Numbered from the stretch's first letter, positions 24,816 through 33,461 are shown. The stretch: DNA of 64,000 nt from an uncultured Ignavibacteriaceae bacterium (GCA_964362905.1 CAYIHQ010000001.1:65163-129162), one strand, 5' to 3'. Notes: generated by a model not told the origin, from the letters alone. Numbers and translations are program-made.

Positions 24816-25426
24816 TTATGGTAGTGGCAGATGTAGGAGCTTGTCACGATCCACGGGGTTCTCCAAGGGTTCACCCCGCAGCACCTTCTCGAAGAGCCGC
24901 CGTGTCATCAACACGTCGTGCAGACAGTAGTCGAGCAGGCTCCCGTAGTGGCCACGCTGGTAGAGCAACGGGGCCATCACACCCTTACCTGACTTCTTGA
25001 CCCCGAAATTGTATTGCGCCATCGCCGACAAACCATAGAGCTGATGCAGCTTATGAAAGTCCGCTTCGCTACACAGAGAGAGAGATTTACACCAGTAGCT
25101 TCCCAGATCAAGCACTGGAGATCGTAGCGACGGTGTGCTGGAATCGTAATGCCTGATGCTGCTAGCACATGGTCATCAAACAGGGAGTTGCTGAAGCCTA
25201 CCAGCAGCATGTTGCAGTGCTCAGCAAGACTCTGGAAGACCATCAGATTATCTCCCATGAACACGCGCTCGCGCTGCAACCTGGAATCAAAGGCGCAAAC
25301 ACAAGCCAAGCCCATGCCCTGGAAGTCCTTCCAGCCCTCGCAGTAGGATATGCCCTCGATTCGCTCTTCCGTCTCTAGCGGAACAGCGTTCTTGATCTCG
25401 ATGTCGTAGACCAGGTAGTCCATCAC
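24816..25426 (-). pseudogene. DEDD (DnaQ-like) 3'-5' exonuclease whose reading frame is broken at a (CT)5 tract
   Basis: ExoI (YDIEIKN) and ExoII (GFSNSLFDDHVL) are in ORF 24977..25426. ExoIII (YCLHDVLMTRRLF) is in ORF 24816..25115, in the -1 frame. The two ORFs overlap across agagagagaga at 25075..25085. Confidence 0.7.
25075..25085. repeat. Dinucleotide tract agagagagaga ((CT)5 on the coding strand) at the exonuclease frame break
   Basis: Read directly. Both overlapping ORFs read LSLC across it. Confidence 0.9.
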
Positions 25427-25429
25427 AGA

Positions 25430-25681
25430 TCAGGGTGTTGATTTTGCCTCGGGCTCGTAGCACGGCATCTCGCCCGGGCAATAGCACTGGAACACCCCGT
25501 TGATCCGTCCTCGACCCGCGCCGCAGAACTGCACCTTTCTGGGGTTGGGAGGGATCTCGCCGGGGCCGCCGCGCAGCCAGTAGCGCACGTCCGGATAGTC
25601 CGGCGCGCACGTCTGGATGGTGCAGTTGGTGTAATCCTCCGTGTAATCGAGGTGGCGACAGGGGCGCATGGCTTGGCGCAT
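25430..25681 (-). CDS. Cys-rich small protein (83 aa)
   Basis: Start at Met-50 (25681) of the track ORF, just after the upstream stop. Sequence MRQAMRPCRHLDY..CTIQTCAPDYPD..QFCGAG..FQCYCPGEMPC. Confidence 0.5.
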   Translation of the reverse strand: MRQAMRPCRHLDYTEDYTNCTIQTCAPDYPDVRYWLRGGPGEIPPNPRKVQFCGAGRGRINGVFQCYCPGEMPCYEPEAKSTP

Positions 25682-25683
25682 GA

Positions 25684-25986
25684 TTAGCTTCGTTTTGACC
25701 CGATTCCGGATGATGCTGACGTGGCCATCCCCTTCCTTAGCTCGATCTCCTCGGTCTCGGTGAGGGGACCGAGAAGCTGATGTAACAGCGTGGCCTCCTC
25801 CGAGGCGCCATCCCCCGAGTCGTTCCACTCAACAGCCCGACAAGCCGCCGCCACCCTGAGAAGTAGCTCTCGAAACCGAGTACGAAGCGCTGGCGGAGCC
25901 GCATTGGGTGCATCCGAGTCCAGCTTGATCCCCTCTGCCAATCGCAAGATGGTGAGGTAAGCGTAGTCGTAGGAACCACCACTCAT
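25684..25986 (-). CDS. Hypothetical protein (~100 aa), first gene of an operon
   Basis: The track starts at GTG 25992. I prefer ATG 25986, which lies 6 nt after the TGGTAGGCT element. Confidence 0.5.
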   Translation of the reverse strand: MSGGSYDYAYLTILRLAEGIKLDSDAPNAAPPALRTRFRELLLRVAAACRAVEWNDSGDGASEEATLLHQLLGPLTETEEIELRKGMATSASSGIGSKRS

Positions 25987-25992
25987 GGGCAC

Positions 25993-26023
25993 AGCCTACC
26001 ACCAAGGGGCCACAGAACCTAAA
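25993..26023 (-). promoter_or_regulatory. Promoter-like element TTTAGG-N16-TGGTAGGCT, 6 nt upstream of ATG 25986
   Basis: The minus strand reads AAAAAGTTTAGGTTCTGTGGCCCCTTGGTGGTAGGCT-GTGCCC-ATG. Confidence 0.45.
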
Positions 26024-26333
26024 CTTTTTCTGAAAATCTTCCGCGGGCTAAGGGCTTTGAAAAGCGGAAGAAAACGCTGAGAACATGACCCGTCTTCGAG
26101 TTGTTGGATCCTAACATTTTTCGGCGCTTTTTTACGGGCTACCTCAAAGCCCAAAACACCGAGTATTGCGCAAGCCGGACGGGCAAGGGGGGTCACGGAA
26201 GAGGTTGACCACTTTCTACGTTGTTGGGCAGCGTTATCCGCCACCTCACATTCTCAGCTCTTGCAGAGCTTATCATTGGGTGGTTCAAAATCCTAGAAGA
26301 AAAGGCAAAGCGCACCCAGCAACCCCCCGCCGC

Positions 26334-26636
26334 TCATACTACTCCACCCTCCCCTTCCCCTTCGTAGCGTGGCTTACGTCGCTTTCCAACCCAACCTTCA
26401 ATGCCAGTGATCTCGGCAAGTTTTTCATGGAAGCACGCGCTTACCGCGTCAACCCAGCCCTGATAGGTTTTGCTACCAGCGTCACCAACTATCTTGCATG
26501 AAAGCCAAGCCAGATCGACCAGGTGTGTGTCATCCATCCATATTGAGGCCACGATGCCATCATCTTCTGCCTTACGGAACTTGAGACGAAATCTGTCTAG
26601 TTCAATGTGGCGGGTCACAGCAGCTCCCGATGCCAT
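26334..26636 (-). CDS. Hypothetical protein (100 aa)
   Basis: ORF with protein-like sequence. Confidence 0.5.
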   Translation of the reverse strand: MASGAAVTRHIELDRFRLKFRKAEDDGIVASIWMDDTHLVDLAWLSCKIVGDAGSKTYQGWVDAVSACFHEKLAEITGIEGWVGKRRKPRYEGEGEGGVV

Positions 26637-26654
26637 TCCTGGTGGCCGAAGGCG

Positions 26655-26861
26655 TCACCAAGCCTCTCTCCTTGGCCAAAGGTCATCCGGGTGGGGCTCC
26701 GCATAGTGGCCCGGGCATTCGTGCTCGCACATTCCGTTCGCCATCGCCATCGGAACCGAACGGCCGCGCGGTGCCTTGTATCGCCCGCAGACGACGCATT
26801 GTACATAGAAGCCACCGATGCGAGCGCAGATTGGGCACGGAGCCCAAGTCTCGCCGTTCAT
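26655..26861 (-). CDS. Zinc-ribbon small protein (68 aa)
   Basis: Met-16 (26861) forms an ATGA overlap with the upstream stop. Contains CPICARIG..CVVCG..CEHECPGH. Confidence 0.5.
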   Translation of the reverse strand: MNGETWAPCPICARIGGFYVQCVVCGRYKAPRGRSVPMAMANGMCEHECPGHYAEPHPDDLWPRREAW

Positions 26862-27301
26862 TTTGGAAACCCCCAGACTCGAAGGTCCTCGATCGCCTTT
26901 AGCCATCGCGCGCTCGGGTCGAATGGCTCCCGCGCCTCCAGCAGCCGAAGCTGGTCAGCATGCTCGTCGGGGAAACGGAAGTAGATCGTGGCATAGGTGC
27001 TGTCAAAGTCGTCATCTTCATCTCGCACGTAAAGCGGATGCGATGGGAGTCGGTGCGTGATAACGCATCCTGTACAGGCGCACTGCGCAGTGTCTGGATT
27101 GCGGCATTCTGCTCCACATGCTGGCCCGTCGCTACAACAGCACTCTCGATTGTTGCCACCGTTACGTGTGTAGACAGCGATCTCGCCTTCGGTGACAAAG
27201 CAGTCTCGGAATCGGCCAACATCCTCTCTGGTCAGCCCAAGCGTAGCTAGGATGGCGTCGGCGGCCTGGTTCTGGCCGAACACGGCGGTGTAAAAGCTCA
27301 T
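26858..27301 (-). CDS. Hypothetical Cys-rich protein (147 aa)
   Basis: ORF with ATGA coupling at both ends. Contains ECCCSDGPACGAECRNPDTAQCACTGC. Confidence 0.6.
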   Translation of the reverse strand: MSFYTAVFGQNQAADAILATLGLTREDVGRFRDCFVTEGEIAVYTRNGGNNRECCCSDGPACGAECRNPDTAQCACTGCVITHRLPSHPLYVRDEDDDFDSTYATIYFRFPDEHADQLRLLEAREPFDPSARWLKAIEDLRVWGFPK

Positions 27302-28161
27302 GGTGGCAACTCCCTCACGCGCAGGTCAACGGGGAACTCGTTGATGTCGCCACCCTTGGGATCGCGCAGGCGGACTAGGCACAGATCATCGCCATAGCCA
27401 TGGTCCGGATCGAGCTGGGTTGCTTTGAATCCAAGAAGAGAGCTGCGACCCACAACGGGGCGCGCACCGAGCTGCTTGCAGAAGCAAGCAACCCCCGCGT
27501 CCTTGCACTGCTGCACGATGCTGCGGATCCAGGACACGTTGCACGGCCGCGTGCCAGGGCCGCTTTCGCCGCCAACGAGCACGCCGTGGAGCCTCGGCAG
27601 CGCATCGAACTGGACTCCCTTGCGGTCTTCGATCGGAACATGATCTAGGCGCACCGGCCCCAGCAGCGGCTCCGCCGACACGAAGCGCACCGCTGCCGGC
27701 GTGGCGAGCAGCAGCGGGATGCGCTCGTCCGCGGACGCCTGGTCCTCTACCGAGACCCCGAGCTGCACATTGGGCAGCGGCCACCATCCTTCGCCGCTAC
27801 TGCGAGCACGAGCCATGGTCGGTGGAAAGCAGGAGAAGTCGCTTTCAACCAGCTCCGCCGCCGCATTGTACACAGGAATGTTGCGTCGGCTAAAACCGTA
27901 CCACTTGTGCAGCCTGTCTACACCCTTCGTCAGCACCATGAAAGTATGCTGCGGGCACAGTGCCATCACCGCGAACAGGCGGTCGATCGCATCATCAGAC
28001 AGATTTTTGAGAACTCTATCACTTGCGACGAAGACCCGTCTGGGCTCGCGCCAGCTTAGGGGCGCGACCCCGTGGCCTGACCACAGAGCAGGATACTTCG
28101 CCAGCGTCTTCTTGTGTACGCTGTCCTGAGGAGCATCAAGAAGATTTGCGTCCATTGGCAC
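27298..28161 (-). CDS. DUF5131 (phage Gp37/Gp68 family) protein
   Basis: WPLPNVQLGVSVEDQASADERIPLLLATPAAVRFVSAEPLLGPVRLD is a hallmark of this family. Confidence 0.85.
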   Translation of the reverse strand: MPMDANLLDAPQDSVHKKTLAKYPALWSGHGVAPLSWREPRRVFVASDRVLKNLSDDAIDRLFAVMALCPQHTFMVLTKGVDRLHKWYGFSRRNIPVYNAAAELVESDFSCFPPTMARARSSGEGWWPLPNVQLGVSVEDQASADERIPLLLATPAAVRFVSAEPLLGPVRLDHVPIEDRKGVQFDALPRLHGVLVGGESGPGTRPCNVSWIRSIVQQCKDAGVACFCKQLGARPVVGRSSLLGFKATQLDPDHGYGDDLCLVRLRDPKGGDINEFPVDLRVRELPP

Positions 28162-28924
28162 ACACGGGGCTGCTAGCTACCGCGGCGCGCAACCGTCCAT
28201 CCGAGCCGCACTGAAAAAACATCTCTTCCTCGTCCGAGACTATGTGCAGCATCCCACAGCGGCAGCATCGTGTCACCCCAGGAATAGCTACAGAAACCCA
28301 CTCGTGATCTTCGAGTGAAGATGGCCGCTGAAAACAGCTCAGTAGCCGCACCCTGTGATTCGTGCTGCGCACCACAGCGATGAGGCCCCACAGGTGCCAC
28401 ACAGCCTTGGAGTACATCGGCAGCACCTGATCTAGCCAAAGTAGGCACCCGCCTGGCCGAAGCACTCGATAGGTCTCCGCCAGCACCTTACTACGATTTG
28501 CCATCGGCTTGCCGTAGTGCTGGGCGTCCTCCACAGAGTAGGGGGGATCCGCCAGAACCAGATCGTAGCGAGCGTCCTCCACGGGCATCGCCTCGGCACT
28601 CCCGATGATCGTGGGATGCAGCTCGGGGTTTGCATCCAAGTAGTCGCACTGCCAGTGCTCAGGATGTTGCAGGCTCTCTCGATTCGCCGACAGAGAGCCG
28701 CTGAAAAGATGGAGGACATCCCTAGCATCTGGAAACAACGCTGCCACCCGCTTGATGTACCCCGGAGGGTAGGCTCCATAGAAGCCGCTACCGCGATAGT
28801 TGTTTCCCAGCACCCAAACGCTGTCTAGCCAGCGCGCATCTACACGCGGAGCAGGATAGTCAGGAAACACCTGCGCATAATGCTGCGCCCTCGCAGCGGG
28901 CGTCATGTGTAGATGAGCTTGCAT
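28136..28924 (-). CDS. DNA methyltransferase (N6-adenine/N4-cytosine type, DPPY motif)
   Basis: VLHLFSGSLS (FxGxG-like AdoMet motif) and DLVLADPPYSVEDAQHYG (motif IV). C-terminal CCRCG..QCG. Confidence 0.8.
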   Translation of the reverse strand: MQAHLHMTPAARAQHYAQVFPDYPAPRVDARWLDSVWVLGNNYRGSGFYGAYPPGYIKRVAALFPDARDVLHLFSGSLSANRESLQHPEHWQCDYLDANPELHPTIIGSAEAMPVEDARYDLVLADPPYSVEDAQHYGKPMANRSKVLAETYRVLRPGGCLLWLDQVLPMYSKAVWHLWGLIAVVRSTNHRVRLLSCFQRPSSLEDHEWVSVAIPGVTRCCRCGMLHIVSDEEEMFFQCGSDGRLRAAVASSPVCANGRKSS

Positions 28925-28938
28925 CTCAGGCCCTTTCT

Positions 28939-29274
28939 TTACCAGGTAAGGGTTGCGTCATTGTCATCAAACAGGCTGCTCAGAAAAGACCTGCGATCAG
29001 CCCCCTGCAAGCAGTTGTAAAGTTGCAGAGCCATAGCTCGCAATCTGGGGCTACTGCGAAGACGCGATATCTCTTCCACCGCTAACTCAGCCAGAGTCTC
29101 TAGCTGCTCCGCAGTGCAACTCCTCAGCAGCATGCGGACGCGATCAAACTCCATGTCGAGAGGCGGGCAGGGTGGCTTCGCCCACCATCGCCCAGGCGGT
29201 GATTCAAACTCCACACGATCTTCGTTCACCGTTTCGGTCACTGTTCGTCCACCATCCTGATCCTCATCGGCCAC
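28939..29274 (-). CDS. Hypothetical acidic protein (111 aa)
   Basis: Co-directional ORF. Confidence 0.5.
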   Translation of the reverse strand: MADEDQDGGRTVTETVNEDRVEFESPPGRWWAKPPCPPLDMEFDRVRMLLRSCTAEQLETLAELAVEEISRLRSSPRLRAMALQLYNCLQGADRRSFLSSLFDDNDATLTW

Positions 29275-29525
29275 TCCAGGATCACGTCGTGTGCTTCCAA
29301 CAGCTCAGCCCGCTCCGCGGGTAGCAGCATGTCGAAGACATACACGCAGCACCAAGTGTTGCCGTTCGTACTGGCACGGACTTCTTCCAAGAGGGAACTG
29401 TCGTTTGCACCGTCCAGGAATACGTTGACGTTGCACATGTTCTCGTTGCTCAAGAACGTGTTGACCACGATCGCGGCCCTGGGTCCGCTCCACCGCTTGG
29501 AATAGGCGTGTAGCACACGACCCAC
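29238..29525 (-). CDS. Hypothetical protein (95 aa)
   Basis: ORF with a GTG start. Confidence 0.45.
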   Translation of the reverse strand: MGRVLHAYSKRWSGPRAAIVVNTFLSNENMCNVNVFLDGANDSSLLEEVRASTNGNTWCCVYVFDMLLPAERAELLEAHDVILEWPMRIRMVDEQ

Positions 29526-29528
29526 CTT

Positions 29529-29708
29529 TCATCCGCCCATCCGCTCATCATCATCCAGCCCGCGGAGTGCTGTTTGAAGAAGACTCATCAGCTCCTCCAC
29601 CGACGCACGGTAATCTGACCGGCTCAGATCGGCAGTCATCGTCTGAAACTCCTCAAAGGCATCCTCGGCAAGGTCGAGCGGAGGCTGCTCCGGCGTCTCG
29701 TGTTCCAT
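29529..29708 (-). CDS. Small acidic protein (59 aa), below the ORF-track threshold
   Basis: My translation is MEHETPEQPPLDLAEDAFEEFQTMTADLSRSDYRASVEELMSLLQTALRGLDDDERMGG. It exactly fills the gap between the neighbouring genes. Confidence 0.4.
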   Translation of the reverse strand: MEHETPEQPPLDLAEDAFEEFQTMTADLSRSDYRASVEELMSLLQTALRGLDDDERMGG

Positions 29709-29735
29709 AGATTCCTCTTTCGTGACAGGAACAGT

Positions 29736-30098
29736 CTAACCCAGACCCATGCAGGTCGGGCACAGAAAAATGGTACGCAGTTGACCCGCCACCTTGCGCA
29801 CCTCTCCCCGGCAGCCACAGGCCCAGCACGCTACCTCTAGCGCCCCTTGTTTTGGGCTGCTGCTCTGCTCATTCACGACCGCGGTGAGCCAACCCTCCAG
29901 GATATCCACCACGCACTGGCGATCCAGAGTGGAGACCAGGGTGCAGAGACCCCTGTTGGCGTCCTCCATCATGTTGGCGATCCACAGACAGACCCCGTAC
30001 CCAGGGAGCTGCTGCTGGATCTGGTCTACGATGTATTGCGCTCGTGCAGCGGCAGCGGCATCATCGAAGTCGATCTGCTGTTGTGGATCTGTCTGCAT
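29736..30098 (-). CDS. Hypothetical protein (~120 aa) with C-terminal CWACGC..CPTC
   Basis: Start at Met-16 (MQTDPQQQ) of track ORF 29736..30143. Confidence 0.5.
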   Translation of the reverse strand: MQTDPQQQIDFDDAAAAARAQYIVDQIQQQLPGYGVCLWIANMMEDANRGLCTLVSTLDRQCVVDILEGWLTAVVNEQSSSPKQGALEVACWACGCRGEVRKVAGQLRTIFLCPTCMGLG

Positions 30099-30105
30099 TT
30101 TCAGG

Positions 30106-30216
30106 TCACTCCCAGGCCAGGATGGCCAGGAGAAGAAAAACAAGGAGCGTGATGGTCACTCCGGCCAACTCCCAAACAACCTCTATCCTCGTCGGTACCC
30201 TCGTCGGGTCTCTCAT
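30106..30216 (-). CDS. Possible 36-aa single-pass membrane peptide
   Basis: My translation is MRDPTRVPTRIEVVWELAGVTITLLVFLLLAILAWE, with GAGG upstream. Below the track threshold. Confidence 0.3.
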   Translation of the reverse strand: MRDPTRVPTRIEVVWELAGVTITLLVFLLLAILAWE

Positions 30217-30274
30217 GGTTTTTCCTCAGTAGAAAAGGCTACTGGTCAGAGACCAGTAGGTTCTCATCATCTTC

Positions 30275-30697
30275 TCATGGTCTTAGCGTATCCACGCATG
30301 GGGTCGCATCCCACTGCGCGAGCAGTGCCTTGGCGAGGGCCGTGCCGAGGTGGTTTGCCTCGACAAGAAGATTCTCTCCGAGTCCGTACGGTGCTCGCAG
30401 GGACTCCACCTCGTAGTACGCCGGAGTGCGGTGGTCCGGGGCCTCTGGCATTGCGCCGTGGTCCACGGACACGAGCCAGTCACCATCCAGCAGGGCGAGC
30501 AGGCAGCCCTGCGTCGCGGGGTCATCGAGTACAGGGAGGCCATCCCCCCACTCAGACCCCGGCGATATGCGCCATTGAACCCCGGCTACGTGCTGGAGGT
30601 CCTGGTGAGGCGGGATCATCATCAGCATGCCGGGCATACGACGCGCTTTCGGGTGCGCGGCTAGGCGCTTCGCCAGCTCGATCTGCTCAGGAGTCAT
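30275..30697 (-). CDS. Hypothetical protein (140 aa)
   Basis: ORF overlapping the upstream gene by 11 nt. Confidence 0.55.
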   Translation of the reverse strand: MTPEQIELAKRLAAHPKARRMPGMLMMIPPHQDLQHVAGVQWRISPGSEWGDGLPVLDDPATQGCLLALLDGDWLVSVDHGAMPEAPDHRTPAYYEVESLRAPYGLGENLLVEANHLGTALAKALLAQWDATPCVDTLRP

Positions 30698-31382
30698 GGG
30701 TGTTTACACTCGGAGACACTTTCCTTGTGAGCCAGGCCCTAGCAGCTTCCGCAGAGAACGGAGTGCTGGGAAGCAGGCTGGCGCTCATCTGCTGCACAGA
30801 GGGATGAGAAAAAAGAGACTTCCAGCAGTCACTGTCTACCGTACGGGTAATCCAGCGCATGTACGCCTCCACGTTCCCATCCCACTCCGTAAGCCCAAAA
30901 GGGTCAGGGATGATGGTAGAGAGATGGGGGTCAGAGAGATGGGGATCAGTGGTAGAGAGATGGGGTGACGCCTTCTTGTGGTAGGCAAGAGCCTCCTGCG
31001 CTGCGAGAAAAGTCGTGCGATAGGAGTCCAGAGCCCACCTCCGTTGGTTCTCCAGATTCTCCAGCTCACCATCAGGAATCAGTATGTTCTTCATTTGTCG
31101 CTCAGACTTCTTTTGACAGAACAGCAGGGAAACGTGCATGTCGGCGAAGAAGTGTGTGGGACTACTCGCACGATTCGACGCGATGAGGGTAACTCTCATC
31201 GTCTCCGGATGCAGGCGAGTGACCTCTCTCCGCTCACCCATGAACATGACGACAGCACGATCATCACCATGCCTGAGTGCGTCTTCATACTCCATCGCAG
31301 CGACACGACGGATAGCCTCCTCTTCCCACGTCTTCTTGGTAGCGACAAGGAAGTAACCCAACAGCTCGGTCGTGGTCGTCAT
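30687..31382 (-). CDS. Hypothetical protein (231 aa) with a PHLS short repeat
   Basis: ORF containing SPHLSTTDPHLSDPHLSTI, encoded by short gagagatgggg repeats around 30900-30965. Confidence 0.6.
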   Translation of the reverse strand: MTTTTELLGYFLVATKKTWEEEAIRRVAAMEYEDALRHGDDRAVVMFMGERREVTRLHPETMRVTLIASNRASSPTHFFADMHVSLLFCQKKSERQMKNILIPDGELENLENQRRWALDSYRTTFLAAQEALAYHKKASPHLSTTDPHLSDPHLSTIIPDPFGLTEWDGNVEAYMRWITRTVDSDCWKSLFSHPSVQQMSASLLPSTPFSAEAARAWLTRKVSPSVNTHDS

Positions 31383-31582
31383 GCTCGCACCACGGGAACA
31401 GGTGGAGGCAACAGCATTCCCACACTCACAGGAACCTCGTTGCCACAGGCGTCCGACTGCGCTGCACTCTCAATCGCGTACGTTCGCGCAGACCGAAGAT
31501 CCTTCGTGTAGGAGTGGTGACCACCTACAGAAACGAACAGACCAGTTTCTGTGTGCCTCAACACGTAGTAAGAAGCAGCCAT
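31379..31582 (-). CDS. Hypothetical protein (67 aa)
   Basis: Met-61 (MAASYYVLRH) of track ORF 31379..31762. The upstream part overlaps a structured non-coding stretch. Confidence 0.4.
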   Translation of the reverse strand: MAASYYVLRHTETGLFVSVGGHHSYTKDLRSARTYAIESAAQSDACGNEVPVSVGMLLPPPVPVVRA

Positions 31583-31682
31583 TTCTTTCTCCCCAAGCAG
31601 GAAAGAGAAATCCTCAGCCCGCGGGCAACAGGAAAGGGAGGTCGCACCTGCAAGGTGCGGTTGCCCGCGAGCCAAGGAAAAG

Positions 31683-31949
31683 TCAGTGAATCGTGTGCTC
31701 GCCCGTGTGCAGAAAGGTGTAACCACTCTCCCCTGTGGTTCGGTGGAGGTAGCCACAGGCATGCAGCCACCCCCAGTCCAGAGCAGGGGTCACGAGCTGC
31801 ACCAGCACCGGACCCCGCTGACGCACGACATACAACAACATGGCATGCCGTAGCCCCTCAGGCAGAGCCCCCAGCTTCACGGCATCGAGTAGTCGGACAC
31901 CGCGACGACGGCAGGAGTTCAGATGCTTGTTGAACTGTCGAGAGATCAC
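31683..31949 (-). CDS. Hypothetical protein (88 aa)
   Basis: ORF with ATGA coupling to the upstream gene. Confidence 0.45.
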   Translation of the reverse strand: MISRQFNKHLNSCRRRGVRLLDAVKLGALPEGLRHAMLLYVVRQRGPVLVQLVTPALDWGWLHACGYLHRTTGESGYTFLHTGEHTIH

Positions 31950-32320
31950 GAAGCCACCTCCTCCGGGTAATTCGAGTAGCCTGCGTATGTCACCTCGTTG
32001 CGCTCGTCACCCACCACACGGCGAACATCCACCACGACCCTTCGATGGAGGATACCATTGGGAGAACACAGCGTGTCCACTCCCATCATCGCCGCGAGGA
32101 GGATATCGTTGGGGAGCATGTTCACCATCGCCGCGAGTGTAACACGCGCGCGGTGACGCCCTCGGGAGGAGAAGACGATAAAATCGTCGATCTCGTGCCC
32201 CTGATACTCTCCCTCCGCGACGACGAGCCGGAATATCCACTTGGGGTCGCCACACGGAGTCGTCTCGACACGCACCTCTTTCACCGTGCAAGTGTAGAGA
32301 CCAGATGGGATGGTTTCCAT
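31946..32320 (-). CDS. DUF669-like protein (124 aa)
   Basis: PSGLYTCTVKEVRVETTPCGDPKWIFRLVVAEGEYQGHEIDDFIVFS resembles the DUF669 pattern (G.Y...i..ve...s..G.p.l...f.v..Ge..G). Tentative. Confidence 0.45.
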   Translation of the reverse strand: METIPSGLYTCTVKEVRVETTPCGDPKWIFRLVVAEGEYQGHEIDDFIVFSSRGRHRARVTLAAMVNMLPNDILLAAMMGVDTLCSPNGILHRRVVVDVRRVVGDERNEVTYAGYSNYPEEVAS

Positions 32321-32334
32321 GGCTTGAAAGTCTA

Positions 32335-32640
32335 TCAGAAAACCACGTCAGGTGGATCAGAAAACCAAAACTGTGGCTGGCTAGGAGCATTTCTAGCCAT
32401 GAGTGCGATGATAGCGCGCACATCGCTATTGCTATCTCCAACCCTGCGGGCTCTTCGGGCTACTTTTGCTAACAGTATCCTTTCGAGCTTGGTCAGCAGT
32501 CTTTCTTGCTTGGTCGGTCTTTCTTGCTTGGTCGGCATGTTCCTTCGGTGCATGAGTTCAATCACCTTATAGGTCAGGTTTTTGACCCAGTTCTGGACGA
32601 GGCTAGCCGTTGAGTCGTCTGGAGACGTTTCACAGTTCAC
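32335..32640 (-). CDS. Hypothetical protein (101 aa) with a PTKQER duplication
   Basis: ORF containing an 18-bp perfect tandem duplication at 32499..32534. Confidence 0.5.
   Translation of the reverse strand: MNCETSPDDSTASLVQNWVKNLTYKVIELMHRRNMPTKQERPTKQERLLTKLERILLAKVARRARRVGDSNSDVRAIIALMARNAPSQPQFWFSDPPDVVF
32499..32534 (-). repeat. Perfect 18-bp tandem duplication (gtctttcttgcttggtcg x2) encoding PTKQER x2
   Basis: Read directly. Confidence 0.9.
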
Positions 32641-32879
32641 AGAAGAATCACCCCGAGATCATCCGAGATAGGAGAGGCGATCAGGTGGAGATGGGAGACG
32701 TGCTCCCATTCCACGACGGATACCGTCGCACCGGCCCCCCAGCCAACATCCTCTGTGTGCCGTACGTCCTCGCCACGATCTTCGTAGATCGCTCCACACT
32801 CGCACTCTAGAACCTGGTGCGACGACGCAGCCAAGGGGGCGTCACACAGAGAGCAGATGTTTTTCGTGTCGCTTTCCAT
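32637..32879 (-). CDS. Zinc-ribbon-like small acidic protein (80 aa)
   Basis: Contains CSLCDAP..LECECG. Confidence 0.5.
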   Translation of the reverse strand: MESDTKNICSLCDAPLAASSHQVLECECGAIYEDRGEDVRHTEDVGWGAGATVSVVEWEHVSHLHLIASPISDDLGVILL

Positions 32880-32903
32880 GGGCAGAATGTGCCGATCTTT
32901 CTT

Positions 32904-33200
32904 TCATTCGAGCGCGCGCAGCTGGTTCGGGCGCTCCTGGGTCGTCGTCCCGTCGCAGAAAGGGCAGGCCCCCGGTGCGTGCGGAGCGTGCGAGCAGCAG
33001 ACCGTACACACTGGATCCCCGTACATCCCCGGCCGCAACTTCCTCCCTTCTTCCTCCGTTAGCACTCGAATGCCATTGGCATCCTCGTACCGCGCCCCGC
33101 ACGACTTGCAGACGTACCGCATCGGTGCCATAAAGTAGCCATCGAACCCCGAGCTGCCGCACTTCGGGCAACGCATAACCTTCGGCTCGTTCGTTGACAT
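32904..33200 (-). CDS. Zinc-ribbon protein (~98 aa)
   Basis: Start at Met-8 (33200), after the upstream stop. Contains RCPKCGS..CKSCGA..CTVCC..CPFC. Confidence 0.55.
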   Translation of the reverse strand: MSTNEPKVMRCPKCGSSGFDGYFMAPMRYVCKSCGARYEDANGIRVLTEEEGRKLRPGMYGDPVCTVCCSHAPHAPGACPFCDGTTTQERPNQLRALE

Positions 33201-33210
33201 AGCCACCCCG

Positions 33211-33435
33211 TCACCGAGCACTGCGCCGAACCGGACTCCGCTTCGGCACCCCGTGCCCGATGAAACGACGGTCCATCTCGTCAGCCTGGGAGATCAGGCT
33301 GTTCGCCTGTCGGCGCAGCCACATCGCAATGATCCGTCGCTCCTCACTGGTCATGGTGGGCGCCTTGGACGCTCGCTGTGCGACCTCGGTCGCGCTCTGA
33401 ATCTTGCTCATGGGAATGGTTGACACGACCAGCAT
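33211..33435 (-). CDS. Hypothetical protein (74 aa)
   Basis: Met-31 of the track ORF, downstream of the stop of 33462..33839. Confidence 0.4.
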   Translation of the reverse strand: MLVVSTIPMSKIQSATEVAQRASKAPTMTSEERRIIAMWLRRQANSLISQADEMDRRFIGHGVPKRSPVRRSAR

Positions 33436-33461
33436 GGTGCCATGCTGGTCGTGCTGCACGA

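Noticed and set aside
25996-26244. 82-aa minus-strand ORF in the 26.0-26.3 kb gap
   Set aside because: It lies in an A/T-rich intergenic region and overlaps the promoter-like motif. The sequence is low in complexity and it is not coupled to neighbours.
29794-30807. 337-aa plus-strand ORF spanning several minus-strand genes
   Set aside because: It is antisense to four well-packed minus-strand ORFs, and its translation is Pro/Arg/Ser-rich.
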